Assembly: GCA_963676835.2 (NCBI GenBank)
Contig: CAXXFF010000001.1
Coordinates: forward strand, 288,001 to 352,000
Reading direction: 5' to 3'
From: Marispirochaeta sp.
Lineage (GTDB): Bacteria > Spirochaetota > Spirochaetia > JC444 > Marispirochaetaceae
Length of the DNA stretch: 64,000 bases
In this document: positions 1 to 10,900 of the stretch, piece after piece
Layout: each line of letters begins with the position of its first letter
Numbering within the stretch: the stretch's first letter is position 1
Made by a program: the position numbers and the translations under genes
The notes under the pieces: model-generated
What the model saw: only the letters and a program-made list of their open reading frames with translations
The model's database searches: none
Told to the model about the DNA's origin: nothing

Positions 1-636
1 AGCTTTTCCATTTTTTCCGGTGACATACAGGAAGAGTATCTCTGGCAGGCTTCAAACAGAACCAACTATAATCAGCTGTATCTTATCGGCGCCAATGAGC
101 TTATCCGCTTTATCAGGAAGCAGCTTTCAATTACTGTCCGGGATATGAACAATATCTATATCTGGACCAATGATACAAATGATACCTGGGGCGGAGATTA
201 CCAGAGGGTTAGCGGCGATATTTCCCATCTTTTCAGGCAGCAGCAGGAAGGAAATGCACTGCCGGATATTTCATTGAGTGGTGTGTTTTCCAATGATTCC
301 GGAGAATCCATTGTTTTTGATGAGCCCTGGTTTCAGTTCCGTAACAGCGAAGGAGAAAGAAAGGGAGGATATGCCCTCTATATTTCCGGATCCGGAATAG
401 GCCAGAATATTGTGCTGGAGTTTAAATATCTCACCGATGCCGGGCTTGTAGAAGAACGTCAGGTCTACAAGACGGATTATATGGAAGAACTCAGGGGAGA
501 TGAGATTATCCGGACCCTGGTACTTATTCCCGGGCAGGTAAGCATTTTCGGCTTTCAACCGAGTGAAAGCGGATATCTCCAGTATGAACAGATTGAAACG
601 ATTGATACCGATAGCACCGATAGCGGGAAAAACTGA
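1..636 (+). CDS. hypothetical protein (5'-truncated by window edge)
   Basis: Frame of the 145..636 ORF is open back to base 1; no recognisable motif. Confidence 0.7.
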   Translation, partial: SFSIFSGDIQEEYLWQASNRTNYNQLYLIGANELIRFIRKQLSITVRDMNNIYIWTNDTNDTWGGDYQRVSGDISHLFRQQQEGNALPDISLSGVFSNDSGESIVFDEPWFQFRNSEGERKGGYALYISGSGIGQNIVLEFKYLTDAGLVEERQVYKTDYMEELRGDEIIRTLVLIPGQVSIFGFQPSESGYLQYEQIETIDTDSTDSGKN

Positions 637-643
637 TAAGGGT

Positions 644-1438
644 TCAATTAAGAATAAAACCTTCTATTCCCATCTCTTTTAAACGTATCAGCTCCGTTTG
701 GGCCTCACCGCTTTCAGATACGGGTACTACGGTTTTGTAGATGATTCTGCCGCCGGGTCTCTCTTCTTTGATTATCCCTGCAGCGATACCCCTGCCTTTT
801 AAAAATGCGACATGCTGATCGGCATTTTCTTTTTCGGAAAATGCACCGACCTGGATATTTACCATGGCGCCGTCAGAGGATCTGCTTTCAGTCTGAGGTA
901 CAATTTCCTGCACGGCAAGTTCGTTATAGGGAGAAAAGAGTAGGCCTGTGCTGATTAACATGCCGCGATTGTGCGCATACGATTCCGGAGTACCGGCGAG
1001 GGAACTCTGACGGGATTGTATGGAAGCCTCACTGACACCGGGGACTGTCTCTTCCGTCGTGGCTGCAGGAACAGGAAGCAGACCGTGAGTCATTGCAAGG
1101 CGCTCTTTAAGGTATGAAACTGATACGGGATCTGTAATGCTGTTCAGCACAGCTTCAGCCTCCTCTGTTCTGCCTCCGAGAAGGAGAAGCTCAAGGGTTA
1201 ACTGCAGTGCAGCGGGCTTAAGTCTTTCTACAGATGCTGCATCTTCAAGGAGGGAAAGTCTGCCGTCAATAGTGTCGGCGGCCGAAATCCTTTTATGCAA
1301 AGCAATTACCGTGTCAGCAAGATTTACGGTCTGAGGAAAATCCTCCCATTCTGAATAAGATTCGTTCACAGAAGGTTCAGCCATGAGAGAAATGGCTGAA
1401 AAGGCCGCAATAAATATAAGCAGCGGGAAGAGCTTCAG
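644..1438 (-). CDS. SPOR domain-containing exported protein
   Basis: C-terminal IQVGAFSEKENA...YKTVV...LKEMGIEGFI SPOR pattern; in-frame hydrophobic signal-like extension to CTG at 1438 (ORF track ATG at 1384). Confidence 0.8.
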   Translation of the reverse strand: MKLFPLLIFIAAFSAISLMAEPSVNESYSEWEDFPQTVNLADTVIALHKRISAADTIDGRLSLLEDAASVERLKPAALQLTLELLLLGGRTEEAEAVLNSITDPVSVSYLKERLAMTHGLLPVPAATTEETVPGVSEASIQSRQSSLAGTPESYAHNRGMLISTGLLFSPYNELAVQEIVPQTESRSSDGAMVNIQVGAFSEKENADQHVAFLKGRGIAAGIIKEERPGGRIIYKTVVPVSESGEAQTELIRLKEMGIEGFILN

Positions 1439-1797
1439 GGAACTTTCTCCGGCTCCGGAACTTCTTTCTGACTGTCAGTTTTTTTATCACCTTTCTTTTT
1501 CCAGAATTTTTTACCGCTGAACTCAACCCCTACAGCATCCTGGGGAAGTTTACCCCTCTGAGCAGATTTGGCTTTAGCAATTTTCTGCCTTGATTTTTTC
1601 CTTCCAATAAAGCCGAGGGTAAAGGGGAGCATTATCAGAACTCCCGCAAAAAATGCAATGGAAAGGCTTATATAGACAGGAACATCGGAAAATGTATAGA
1701 AACCGAAGGAAATATCAGCCCGGTTATCTATATTTATTCCGACAAAAGCTATCACAAGACCTATAAAAATAAAAAAGATCAGTAATCTCCAGGGCAT
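1435..1797 (-). CDS. LapA/DUF1049-like small membrane protein
   Basis: Two TM helices flanking N..x.ISFGFYTFSDVP, basic C-tail; GGAGG RBS. Confidence 0.7.
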   Translation of the reverse strand: MPWRLLIFFIFIGLVIAFVGINIDNRADISFGFYTFSDVPVYISLSIAFFAGVLIMLPFTLGFIGRKKSRQKIAKAKSAQRGKLPQDAVGVEFSGKKFWKKKGDKKTDSQKEVPEPEKVP

Positions 1798-1843
1798 GGA
1801 AAAACCTCCAGGTACTCCGATGTTTTATTACCATATATTCGTA

Positions 1844-3136
1844 TCATACACGATATGTTATTCCGGACAATGTCCGCGGAACAAGTTTCAGAAACTCTCC
1901 GGGAACGTTTGAGCTGCCGGAGAAAACAATCATCTCATTTCTTTCGGTCCTGCCTAAAAGCTCCTCCGGATTTTTCCGTGAAGGACCTTCAACCAGTACC
2001 TTGACCGGCTTTAGAAGCCGGCTCTTTTTATTATCCTCGGTAATTTTACGCTGTTTATCAATAAGCTTTGCCAGCCTTTCAGTTTTGACATCCTCAGCAA
2101 CCTGATTCGTAAACCCCGCGGCTGCGGTTCCTTCCCGGGTGTTGTATTTGTAGGTGAATGCATCATCGTAACGGATTTCGTCAAGAAGCATAAGAGTATC
2201 TTCAAAATCCGGACCGGTTTCCCCGGGGAAGCCGATTAGAAGATCCGTAGTAAGTGAAATACCCGGGATAGCTTGTCTTATTTTCTTAACAAGAGAAATA
2301 TACTGCTCCCGGGTATATTTCCGGTTCATCTTTTTCAGCACGGAATCAGCTCCATGCTGAACAGGCAGGTGCAGATGCCGGCAGATGCGGCTATTCTCCG
2401 CCATAACTTCAATCAACCTGTTACTGAGGTCTTTTGGGTGGGAGCTCATAAACCTGACCCACTCAATAGAACTGACCTCACCGCAAATCTTTTCCAGAAG
2501 GTCCGGAAACAGAAGGCCTGAATCATCCCTGTAGGAGTTGACGTTCTGTCCTATGAGGGTGATCTCTTTTACCCCGGCATCATCAAGTCGTTGAATCTCT
2601 TCAATAATATCACCATAGCTTCTGGATACTTCACGTCCCCGTACATACGGGACAATACAGTAGGTACAGAAATTATTACAGCCATGCATGATCGGGACAA
2701 ATGCACTGTGACCACCGGGAGAAATTTCAGCAGAAAGAAATTCATAAATTTCTCCGCCGAAGAAATCCATGCGGCCCTTCAGATTCTCCGTCCGCGAAAG
2801 AAACTGGATAAACTCCTGCTTGCCGAAGGTACCGACAAGCATATTAACCGTAGGAAAAGCGTCCCGGAGAGAGGTCTGCATGCGTTCCGTCATACAGCCC
2901 ATCACCACAAGGGAAAGATCCCGGGTCTCTTTAAGATGCTGATAATGACCGATACGGCCGTGTATGCGCTGCTCTGCAGACTTACGCACAGCGCAGGTAT
3001 TGAGTATTACAATATCTGCGTCTTCTCCGCTTTCTGCCTGCTGCCAGCCGCGGTTTTTCAGTTCCCTTTCCAGAGAAAAGGACTCGGACGCGTTCATCTG
3101 ACAGCCGTATGTTTCCAGAAAAAAAGTGCCCTTCAT
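1844..3136 (-). CDS. miaB: tRNA-2-methylthio-N6-dimethylallyladenosine synthase MiaB
   Basis: ETYGCQMN, NTCAVR, radical-SAM GCNNFCTYCIVPYVRGRE, C-terminal TRAM domain. Confidence 0.95.
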   Translation of the reverse strand: MKGTFFLETYGCQMNASESFSLERELKNRGWQQAESGEDADIVILNTCAVRKSAEQRIHGRIGHYQHLKETRDLSLVVMGCMTERMQTSLRDAFPTVNMLVGTFGKQEFIQFLSRTENLKGRMDFFGGEIYEFLSAEISPGGHSAFVPIMHGCNNFCTYCIVPYVRGREVSRSYGDIIEEIQRLDDAGVKEITLIGQNVNSYRDDSGLLFPDLLEKICGEVSSIEWVRFMSSHPKDLSNRLIEVMAENSRICRHLHLPVQHGADSVLKKMNRKYTREQYISLVKKIRQAIPGISLTTDLLIGFPGETGPDFEDTLMLLDEIRYDDAFTYKYNTREGTAAAGFTNQVAEDVKTERLAKLIDKQRKITEDNKKSRLLKPVKVLVEGPSRKNPEELLGRTERNEMIVFSGSSNVPGEFLKLVPRTLSGITYRV

Positions 3137-3156
3137 GCTGTGAACTGCTGCTACGC

Positions 3157-4404
3157 CTAATGCTTGAAGGAACGCTGGCCGGTGTAGACCATGGTGGCCT
3201 TAAATTCGTTAACTGCTTCGATGGTTTCAAAATCCCGCAGCGAGCCGCCGGGCTGTATTATTGCAGAAACACCCTCGTTCAGCCCCACTTCCGCACCGTC
3301 ACGGAACGGAAAAAACGCATCGGAGACCATGACAGAACCTTCTATACCGCCTTTGAGTTTCCGTACCTCTTCCTGTATTTCATTGCGCTTATCCGCATCT
3401 GTCAGAAGTGCAAAGGGTGTTGCATAACGCTCCCAGCATATACGGTCTTCAAGTTTGCGGTAGGCTTTATCCCTGGCAATTTCAGCGACCCCTACCCGAT
3501 CCTGCTCGCCGGTTCCGATACCGACAGAAACACCGTCTTTTACGTAGATAACTGAATTACTGGTAATACCGGCCTCAAGATACCATCCAAAGATCATGTC
3601 CTGTATTTCTCTATCTGTAGGAGCCCGCAGAACTTTATAACTGCTTCCCTTGTAATCGGAGGAAGCCGGCAGCAGCTTTTCGGGGGTCAGTTTTTCGGGG
3701 ACAAAGGACCACTGCATGACAATTCCCCCGTCAATGAGAGACTTGAAATCCAGAACTCTTGCTCCGATATACTGCTCAAGGCGTTCAATATTTCCGATCC
3801 GCATAACACGGAGGTTTTTCTTTTTGGCGAAAAGATCAAGGACTCCGTCGGCATATTCCGGAGCGGCAACAACCTCGCAATAGCTTTCGCATATAGCCTC
3901 GGCGGTTGCCATATCCATAGTCCGGTTTACCACAACAGCCCCGCCGAAAGCGGCAATGCGGTCCGCCATAAGGGCTTTTCTGTAGGCCGATTCAAGGGAA
4001 TCGGAAACCGCGGCACCGCAGGGATTGTTATGCTTAACAATTACTGCACAGGGCGTATCACAGAAATAGCGGAGAATATTGAGGGCATTGTCCACGTCGG
4101 TAATATTTGTTTTCCCCGGGTGTTTGCCGCTCTGGAGAAGTTCCACATCTGATGCAAGATATTTACCTGCCTGCAGAGTTGCAAGCTCTCCAAGGGTTAC
4201 ATTTCCGTTTACCAGTCGGTAGAGAGCTGCAGGCTGATCCGGGTTCTCACCATAACGGAGTCCATTTGATTCACCATCAATGGTCCAGAGCATCTTTTCA
4301 TAAAAGAGGGTCTGGCTCCCTCTGTCATCCCGGAGAGTTATCTCCATATTTGAAGGAAAATCATCATGAAGTATGGTGCTGTACTGTTTACGGTTTGCCT
4401 GCAT
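3157..4404 (-). CDS. purH: AICAR transformylase (C-terminal half of split PurH)
   Basis: LRYGENPDQ, VKHNNPCG, SDAFFPFRDG, IQPGGSLRD, C-terminal RSFKH. Confidence 0.9.
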   Translation of the reverse strand: MQANRKQYSTILHDDFPSNMEITLRDDRGSQTLFYEKMLWTIDGESNGLRYGENPDQPAALYRLVNGNVTLGELATLQAGKYLASDVELLQSGKHPGKTNITDVDNALNILRYFCDTPCAVIVKHNNPCGAAVSDSLESAYRKALMADRIAAFGGAVVVNRTMDMATAEAICESYCEVVAAPEYADGVLDLFAKKKNLRVMRIGNIERLEQYIGARVLDFKSLIDGGIVMQWSFVPEKLTPEKLLPASSDYKGSSYKVLRAPTDREIQDMIFGWYLEAGITSNSVIYVKDGVSVGIGTGEQDRVGVAEIARDKAYRKLEDRICWERYATPFALLTDADKRNEIQEEVRKLKGGIEGSVMVSDAFFPFRDGAEVGLNEGVSAIIQPGGSLRDFETIEAVNEFKATMVYTGQRSFKH

Positions 4405-4406
4405 GA

Positions 4407-5096
4407 CTACTCCTTTTCCTTGTAGGTATACAGGTTCAGACTGCCGATGTCACTGAAGCCCTCAAGATAAGCGGCGATTGCAGTATCATACTCTGCGGTA
4501 TGATTGAAGGCTTTTTTCGCCAGCCGAAAGCGCTGCTCCATGCTGGTACAGCCGCCCTGGTTTTCTATGTTTTTGAGGATTGCCGGGTAATCAGCAGGGT
4601 CGCATACCGGTGCTACCCGAAGAAAGTTCTTGGCCGAGGCCCGGATCATACAGGGTCCGCCGATATCAACATTCCCCCGGGCATTCTCCAGGGTGGCATT
4701 GTCTTTCGCAATGGTCTCCCGGAAGGGATACAGATTAACCACAGTCATATCAAACTGAATCCCGCCGGTGCGGGCCAGGTCCTGCTGATGGGATTTATTA
4801 AAGCTTTCCGACAGCAGCCCCAGATATATTTTAAAATCCAGGGTCTTTACCAGTCCCCCCTGCATTTCCGGCTGGCCGGTGTAATCGGCTACCTTTTTAA
4901 GGCGGTCGGCGTTCTTTTTGCCGAGGATTTTTTCGAGGGCGGCATAAGTGCCACCGGTGCTGTAAAAGGTAATTTCCGGCACCGCCCGAACAAGACCGGC
5001 AACAAACTCTTCCAGACCAGATTTATCCGCCACACTGAGCAGTACATTGCGCACTTTGACCAGGTTTTCCGCCTGGGAAACATAATTAAGATTCAT
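4407..5096 (-). CDS. purH: IMP cyclohydrolase MGS-like domain (N-terminal half of split PurH)
   Basis: LLSVADKSG, STGGT, VKTL, VVNLYPF, DIGGPCMIRASAKN, KAFNHTAEYD. Confidence 0.9.
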   Translation of the reverse strand: MNLNYVSQAENLVKVRNVLLSVADKSGLEEFVAGLVRAVPEITFYSTGGTYAALEKILGKKNADRLKKVADYTGQPEMQGGLVKTLDFKIYLGLLSESFNKSHQQDLARTGGIQFDMTVVNLYPFRETIAKDNATLENARGNVDIGGPCMIRASAKNFLRVAPVCDPADYPAILKNIENQGGCTSMEQRFRLAKKAFNHTAEYDTAIAAYLEGFSDIGSLNLYTYKEKE

Positions 5097-5109
5097 ACTG
5101 AACTATTCC

Positions 5110-5997
5110 TTATTTCCGTCGTTTAAGCGCTGCTTCCGCAGACGCAACGGTGTTGTACATCAACATGGTAATGGTCATGGGGCCGACACCTCCCGGAACA
5201 GGAGTAATCATGGACGCAACCTTTTCTACACTGGTAAAATCAGCATCCCCCTCCAGACGGTAACCGCGCTTTTTGGTTTCATCCGGCACCCGGTTAACCC
5301 CTACATCGATAACTACTGCTCCGGGCTTGACCATATCTCCCGTTACAGTGCCCGCACGTCCGGCAGCTACAATGAGAATATCCGCTCTCTTTGTGTGAAA
5401 GGCCATGTCTTTGGTTCCTGTGTGGCAGACTGTTACCGTTGCATTTCCCGGCTGAGCTTTTCTGAAAAGAAGGTTGGCAATGGGCTTTCCCACAATATTG
5501 CTGCGCCCGACCACGACAACTTCCGCCCCGGAGGTTTCCACCCCCGACTCTTCTATCAGTTTCAGAATACCGTTGGGCGTACAGGGCAGAAAACAATCCT
5601 GTCCGAGAACCATATTCCCCACGCTGACCGGATGAAACCCGTCCACATCCTTTTCCGGATTGATTGCCATAATAACCCTGTTTTCATCTATCTGAGAAGG
5701 CAGTGGAAGCTGCACAAGAATACCGTGAATAACGGGATCAGCATTCAGCTCTTCAACTATCTTTAAAAGATCCATTTCGGAAGTAGATGCCTCTAATCGT
5801 ATCTCCCTCGAATACATCCCGAGCTGCGCGCAGGCACGTTCTTTTGCAGTAACATACGAAACGCTGGCCGGATCCTCACCCACCAGGACTACTGCAAGCC
5901 CGGGTGTTACCCCTGCCTGCTTCAGATTGTCTATGCGTGACTTCAGATCTTCCCGAACTTTTTCCGCTATCTGTTTACCGTCGATCAATTTAGCCAT
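5110..5997 (-). CDS. folD: methylenetetrahydrofolate dehydrogenase/cyclohydrolase
   Basis: GILVQLPLP, KDVDGFHP, PCTP, GRSNIVGKP, ITPVPGGVGPMT. Confidence 0.97.
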   Translation of the reverse strand: MAKLIDGKQIAEKVREDLKSRIDNLKQAGVTPGLAVVLVGEDPASVSYVTAKERACAQLGMYSREIRLEASTSEMDLLKIVEELNADPVIHGILVQLPLPSQIDENRVIMAINPEKDVDGFHPVSVGNMVLGQDCFLPCTPNGILKLIEESGVETSGAEVVVVGRSNIVGKPIANLLFRKAQPGNATVTVCHTGTKDMAFHTKRADILIVAAGRAGTVTGDMVKPGAVVIDVGVNRVPDETKKRGYRLEGDADFTSVEKVASMITPVPGGVGPMTITMLMYNTVASAEAALKRRK

Positions 5998-6021
5998 GGA
6001 TGACTCCTTGAGTGTTTATGA

Positions 6022-6050
6022 GGTGTACCATAATTTCACTACAAAATCAA
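6022..6050 (-). promoter_or_regulatory. putative sigma70 promoter for folD-purH
   Basis: TTGATT-17bp-TACACC with TG extension on the minus strand. Confidence 0.4.
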
Positions 6051-6092
6051 TTAACACCCTTTTTCGGTCGAATGTGTGCAGAGTATTCAATA

Positions 6093-6121
6093 TTGAAAAA
6101 ATCAGACCCGGGTGATACTAT
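6093..6121 (+). promoter_or_regulatory. putative sigma70 promoter for OMP-lipoprotein pair
   Basis: TTGAAA-17bp-TACTAT with TG extension. Confidence 0.55.
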
Positions 6122-6163
6122 CAACCATTATATACGAACCCAATATATCCAGCGAGGTGTCCC

Positions 6164-6808
6164 TTGAATAAACGGTTCTTCATGTTGTTCCTGCTTTTAC
6201 TGCTTTTTGTAACCTTACCTCTTATACCGGTCTTTTCTCAGGAAAAGCCACAGGAAGATCCACCGGAAGAACAGCCAATAGAGGAAACACCCTCTTTTTA
6301 TCAGCTGGGAGACCAGGTATTCTCGGTTCAGGCAGGACTTTTCATACCGCTCTACTATAGAAACCCCTATGATTTTTCCACAGCTCCGGCAAATCTGACG
6401 TTGGGAGGAACCGGAGGGCTTGAATATTCGAGCTTTATAAACAGCACAATGACCCTCGGCCTGGGGCTGAAAGGCATGTTTGCCTATACACCCACAGACA
6501 GACTCCTGTCCATGTTTCCCATTACCGCCAAGTTCACCTACTATCTTTCAAATTATTATCCCTTTGAGTTTCCACTGTATGTGAATGCCGGGCTCTGCAT
6601 ATCCCGTCTGGAATCGGAAACCTTCTATGGTCCCACCATAATTCCCGGTGCCGCTGCCATATGGAACATGAGTTCAGCCTGGGGGTTCGGTATAAATATG
6701 GAATACTGGTGGGTTCCCATGTGGTACGGGCCGTCCAACGATCTGGCCAACCAGAGCAGATTCGGCAACTTTATGGATATCAGCCTGTCAGCGACCTACC
6801 ACTTTTAA
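6164..6808 (+). CDS. TP0733-like outer-membrane beta-barrel protein
   Basis: Signal peptide, GDQ motif, amphipathic beta strands, FGNF...SATYHF end with terminal Phe; GAGGTG RBS. Confidence 0.8.
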   Translation: MNKRFFMLFLLLLLFVTLPLIPVFSQEKPQEDPPEEQPIEETPSFYQLGDQVFSVQAGLFIPLYYRNPYDFSTAPANLTLGGTGGLEYSSFINSTMTLGLGLKGMFAYTPTDRLLSMFPITAKFTYYLSNYYPFEFPLYVNAGLCISRLESETFYGPTIIPGAAAIWNMSSAWGFGINMEYWWVPMWYGPSNDLANQSRFGNFMDISLSATYHF

Positions 6809-6826
6809 TTGAGGATGAATGTAGTT

Positions 6827-7912
6827 ATGAAACGATATATATTTCACGCACTTTTGCTTCTCCTGCTGCTGTTTTCTTCCTGCACAGAAAACGGAGCAGG
6901 AATATTCTACTCCATTGAAATTGAAGAACCGATTTCGAACGATTCCCTGTCGGATTATCTTTCCGCCACAGAAGTAGCGATTGTGGGAACCGATTACTAT
7001 CTACCGGCTAACAGGCTCTACCATTGGGACAGCGGAACAGCAGGAACTGACTTCTCGCGAATGACCCTGCCTGGCAATTGGTACGGGACCATTGATACTG
7101 CAGAAAATAATGACAATGCACTTCTTTACGCAGTACTGGAAAATAGCGACGGTGACGATAGTGGACTTTTTATATATGACGGAACGAGCTGGACCGGGGC
7201 AGTGACTGTTCCTGATGGACGTCCCGTTGCTGTTTGGTATGCTGACAGTGATATTTTCGTTTTGACCGTGGACAGCTCTGAAAGTAATAAGTACCGGCTT
7301 TACAACAGCTCTGACAACAACACAACCACTCCTGCCTCAATTACATTTTCCCAGGTTCAGGTAAGTGCAACAGATTATGAAACATACAACCCCGTTCGCG
7401 ATTTGGATGTTTACAGTGGAACAGTATTTTTTATAACAGCTAGTAACATGTACTCAGGAAATGACGCCACATTTTTTGCTGCAGTTACAACAAACATTAC
7501 AGCAGGTCTTACTTATCGCAACCTTTATTACTCTTCCACGTTTACAACACTTTATCTAACTGCAATAGATTCAGCAGTTAACGGAACAGGTTCAATCTGG
7601 GGTTGGGACGGTGGCTGGACTGGTCTTGATACAAGTATAGGCAGTGACCTTAATGATATGTGTGAAATAATAACCAATGGCAGTTCCACATATTTACTGG
7701 TAGGCAATCAAAGCGGATACCTTGAAAGCTCTAATGGATCTTCTTTTACAGGTGAAACCAGCAGCACCATCGATTCCAACTACGACAATACCGACCTTGA
7801 AGGTGCTGTGGTAAACGGATTCTTCGACGGCCCCGGCGATACCTTCTATGCCATGACATCCGGAACCGGACTGTGGGTAAACAACGGAACCGGCTCCTGG
7901 GACCTTAAATAA
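6827..7912 (+). CDS. surface lipoprotein, TP0136-like putative beta-propeller
   Basis: Lipobox LFSSC followed by GIFYSIEIEEPI; S/T/N/G-rich; C-terminal GLW...W. Confidence 0.7.
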   Translation: MKRYIFHALLLLLLLFSSCTENGAGIFYSIEIEEPISNDSLSDYLSATEVAIVGTDYYLPANRLYHWDSGTAGTDFSRMTLPGNWYGTIDTAENNDNALLYAVLENSDGDDSGLFIYDGTSWTGAVTVPDGRPVAVWYADSDIFVLTVDSSESNKYRLYNSSDNNTTTPASITFSQVQVSATDYETYNPVRDLDVYSGTVFFITASNMYSGNDATFFAAVTTNITAGLTYRNLYYSSTFTTLYLTAIDSAVNGTGSIWGWDGGWTGLDTSIGSDLNDMCEIITNGSSTYLLVGNQSGYLESSNGSSFTGETSSTIDSNYDNTDLEGAVVNGFFDGPGDTFYAMTSGTGLWVNNGTGSWDLK

Positions 7913-7923
7913 TACGGAAATAT

Positions 7924-10900
7924 TTATTGAGCGTCGCCGGGGTAGAACTCGTCGGCGCCGATATCCGGAAATGGCCTGATCCCGTGCTCGGGGTTGGGCC
8001 TTTTTTGTCCATCCATATCTAAAGATGAAGGCCCGGTAACAACCCCGGCATCTATACAGGCGGAACTTTCTTTCAGCGCAAAGGGCCTGTCAGAGAAGGT
8101 CATCCCGGGAGATTCTTCAATATTTCCGTTTAACCATCCGCCAAAAGGGTCTGCATCGAGCATATCAAGATCCTCAGGACTTTTACACTCAGCATCTCCA
8201 TAAACAGCCGTCCTGCTCCAGTTTCCGAAGTTTGAACTGCGGATACTCCAGCTGGTGGAAGAATCACCGCTGAGGGCAGTTCCGTTTTCAGAGCCTGTGT
8301 TGCTCAGAATTGTATTGGTTACAAACAACTGAGTTCCGTTTTTAGAGAGAATACCCGCAGGGCTCCTTCTATCGGAGGCCACCAGTATCGTATTGTGATT
8401 AAGGGTAAGACGGCCGCCTTTTACATCCGCTATAACAGGCTCACCGGAAGCTGCAATTGATACAGTGGTATTCTGCATATCTACCGCTCCGTTTTCCTGC
8501 TGCAGCATAAAAACAAAGCCCGGATGATTTCCGCTTCGAACCTTGCTGTATTTAATATCGAGCTGAGAGTCTTTCAGCAGAAAACCGGTTGTTCCGCTTT
8601 GTCCCGAAAGGATAACCGTACTGTTCTCAATTGAAAGCCTGGCTCCGGCGGCTTCTACTGCCACAGAAGTTCGTGCGCCCGCTTCGTTCTCCATCTGACT
8701 GTTGCGGATGCTCAGTTCTCCCCGGGTAACAGAAAAAACCGTTGCCTTTCTTCGCCCGGATCCGGAATAAATATGGGAATCATTTACTGCTATGTATGCG
8801 TTTGCTGCTGTCACAGCAGTAGTGCGCTCCCCGGTGGAGGGCAGCAGGCTGCTGTGCTCCACCTGGAGGCTGCCTCCTTCCAGCTGTATCAGCGATACAT
8901 CGTTTCCGCCGGGACCGGAAATTTCACAATTTTCCAGGGTGAGGTTACCACGGTTTATCGCGAAAAAGCCATTTGAACCACCGGCTGTAAGCTTTGAATC
9001 AGAGATATGCGTACTGCCCCGTTCCTGCTTAAGGAGATACCTGAACGAAGAACCGGCGAGTGTATCCACATTGCTGATTATTAAATCGGAATTTAACCCT
9101 GTTATGGGTGATTCAATATTCCTGTCCGACCCGAAACGAATATCACGGATTTCCGCAGTCCCACGAAAGGAAAAAAGAGGCTTGTTTTCCGGAAAATACC
9201 GGCCGGTTTTTATCAGACTCACCCCTGAAGGCTCCCAGGTCGCTTTATCCAGACCACCAAGAAGGGAAATTTTTCCACCGGCTTCAACGGGCCGGTTTAT
9301 TTCATAACTTCCGGCGGAAATATAGATGGTGGTTTTTTTCTGAACCCCCGCAGTAATTAAAGCCTTTTCTATACTGCGGAAAGGACGTAAACGGGTACCT
9401 TCATACAGATCGTTACCGGAATCTGATACATAAACAATATCCTGGTCAAGGAGAACACTCCATGTATCTTTTCTGCTCTCGTTTCCGACCTTATCCACCG
9501 ACCAGGCGGTAACCTCCACTATTTCTCCTGCCTTGCCTCGGGTATCCAGGCTGAGGACACCCTCATAGCTGAACGGTCCGGACAGAACACCTTTTTCACG
9601 GAGTGTGTATTTAACCAGTTCCCCCCGGGAATCAAGCTCAATCAACTTGAACCGGGACTCTACATCCGTATTAATTACCTCTGTAAGTACCGGAGGAACC
9701 GGTGGTGACCGGTCTATGGTAAATGTAAGACTTTCTGTCTTTGCGGGCACACTGGAGTTACGGTCTGTAAATAGGCCAAATATCAGGTTAAACACCTTTT
9801 CTGTTCCAAAGGGAACATTAAAAATCAGTTTATTGTTGAACAGCGGCGACAGCCGTTTCAGTTCAGGATTGTTTCCATTATAGCCGGCCTCGTACCTGAC
9901 TACACTTCCTGAACTGTTCTCAGCAGGAGAAAGCGAAACTTCCCCGCCGTAGGTTTGACCATTCTGTATGCCCTTAAATAAATGACCGGCGGATATAGCA
10001 GCAGTGCTTCTTATATCCATACTGTGCATTGCAGACCGTATGCCGGACTTCTGCTCCAGATAATACTGAATCAGGCTTTCTCCCTGGTCATGTAGAGTCA
10101 CCGAAACAGGTGTTACATACTGAACAAAATCCCCTCTGCTGCCAAGGCGGAAAAACAGTTCCCCCCCGCTGTTCCAGGGCCAGGAGAGCAGCGCCCGCCC
10201 ATCGGATTCTGCATAAGTTACTACCGGTGCGTCCGGCTGAGGGATAGTCCGCCGGTCGAGGGTTATGGTGGTTATCCCTGTTTCAGCAGAAAAATTACCC
10301 GCAGCGTCTTTACTGCGGTACTCAAACTGATAAACCGTAGAAACCTTTTCATTTCCTTCTATACTCACAGGTCCGGTATATTGTTTAAAAGGAACAAGTG
10401 CATTGGAGGATAATTCCCTTTCGGAAATAAGCCGATATTCTGCACTCACCTCGTCGGGAGTTACAATCTCTATCCTTAACGGATTACTGGACACACCGCT
10501 TACCGGTACGCCGTCAATAAAAGGCAGAGCCGGGGGATTACGGTCGATACGGAACAGAAGAGGTTCTTCCAGGGCATTGCGGTTACCTGCCTTGTCAGTT
10601 ACGGCAATAGAAAGAGAATACTCAACATCTTCACCTGCAGATGGTTCAAAAATCAGGGGAGCAGTGTATACTTCACCCTCGATAACCGGATCTGCTGCAC
10701 TGTCAAATGTTTCCTCAGAATTATGATTTTTTCTCCCCAGACGGTAATACACGGTCTCGTCTTCACCAATTCCACCCAGGCTCAACTCTACCCTGCCTTT
10801 GCTGACACCGGCGCCTGGCAGCCCGATTATTTCGGGGAGATCCGGAAGCTTGCGGTCTACACTGAAGCGATAGGAGACTACTTTACCGATCCTGCCTCTT

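Noticed and set aside
5998..6163. ZTP or THF riboswitch upstream of folD-purH
   Set aside because: Predicted leader is very short and no riboswitch consensus is visible
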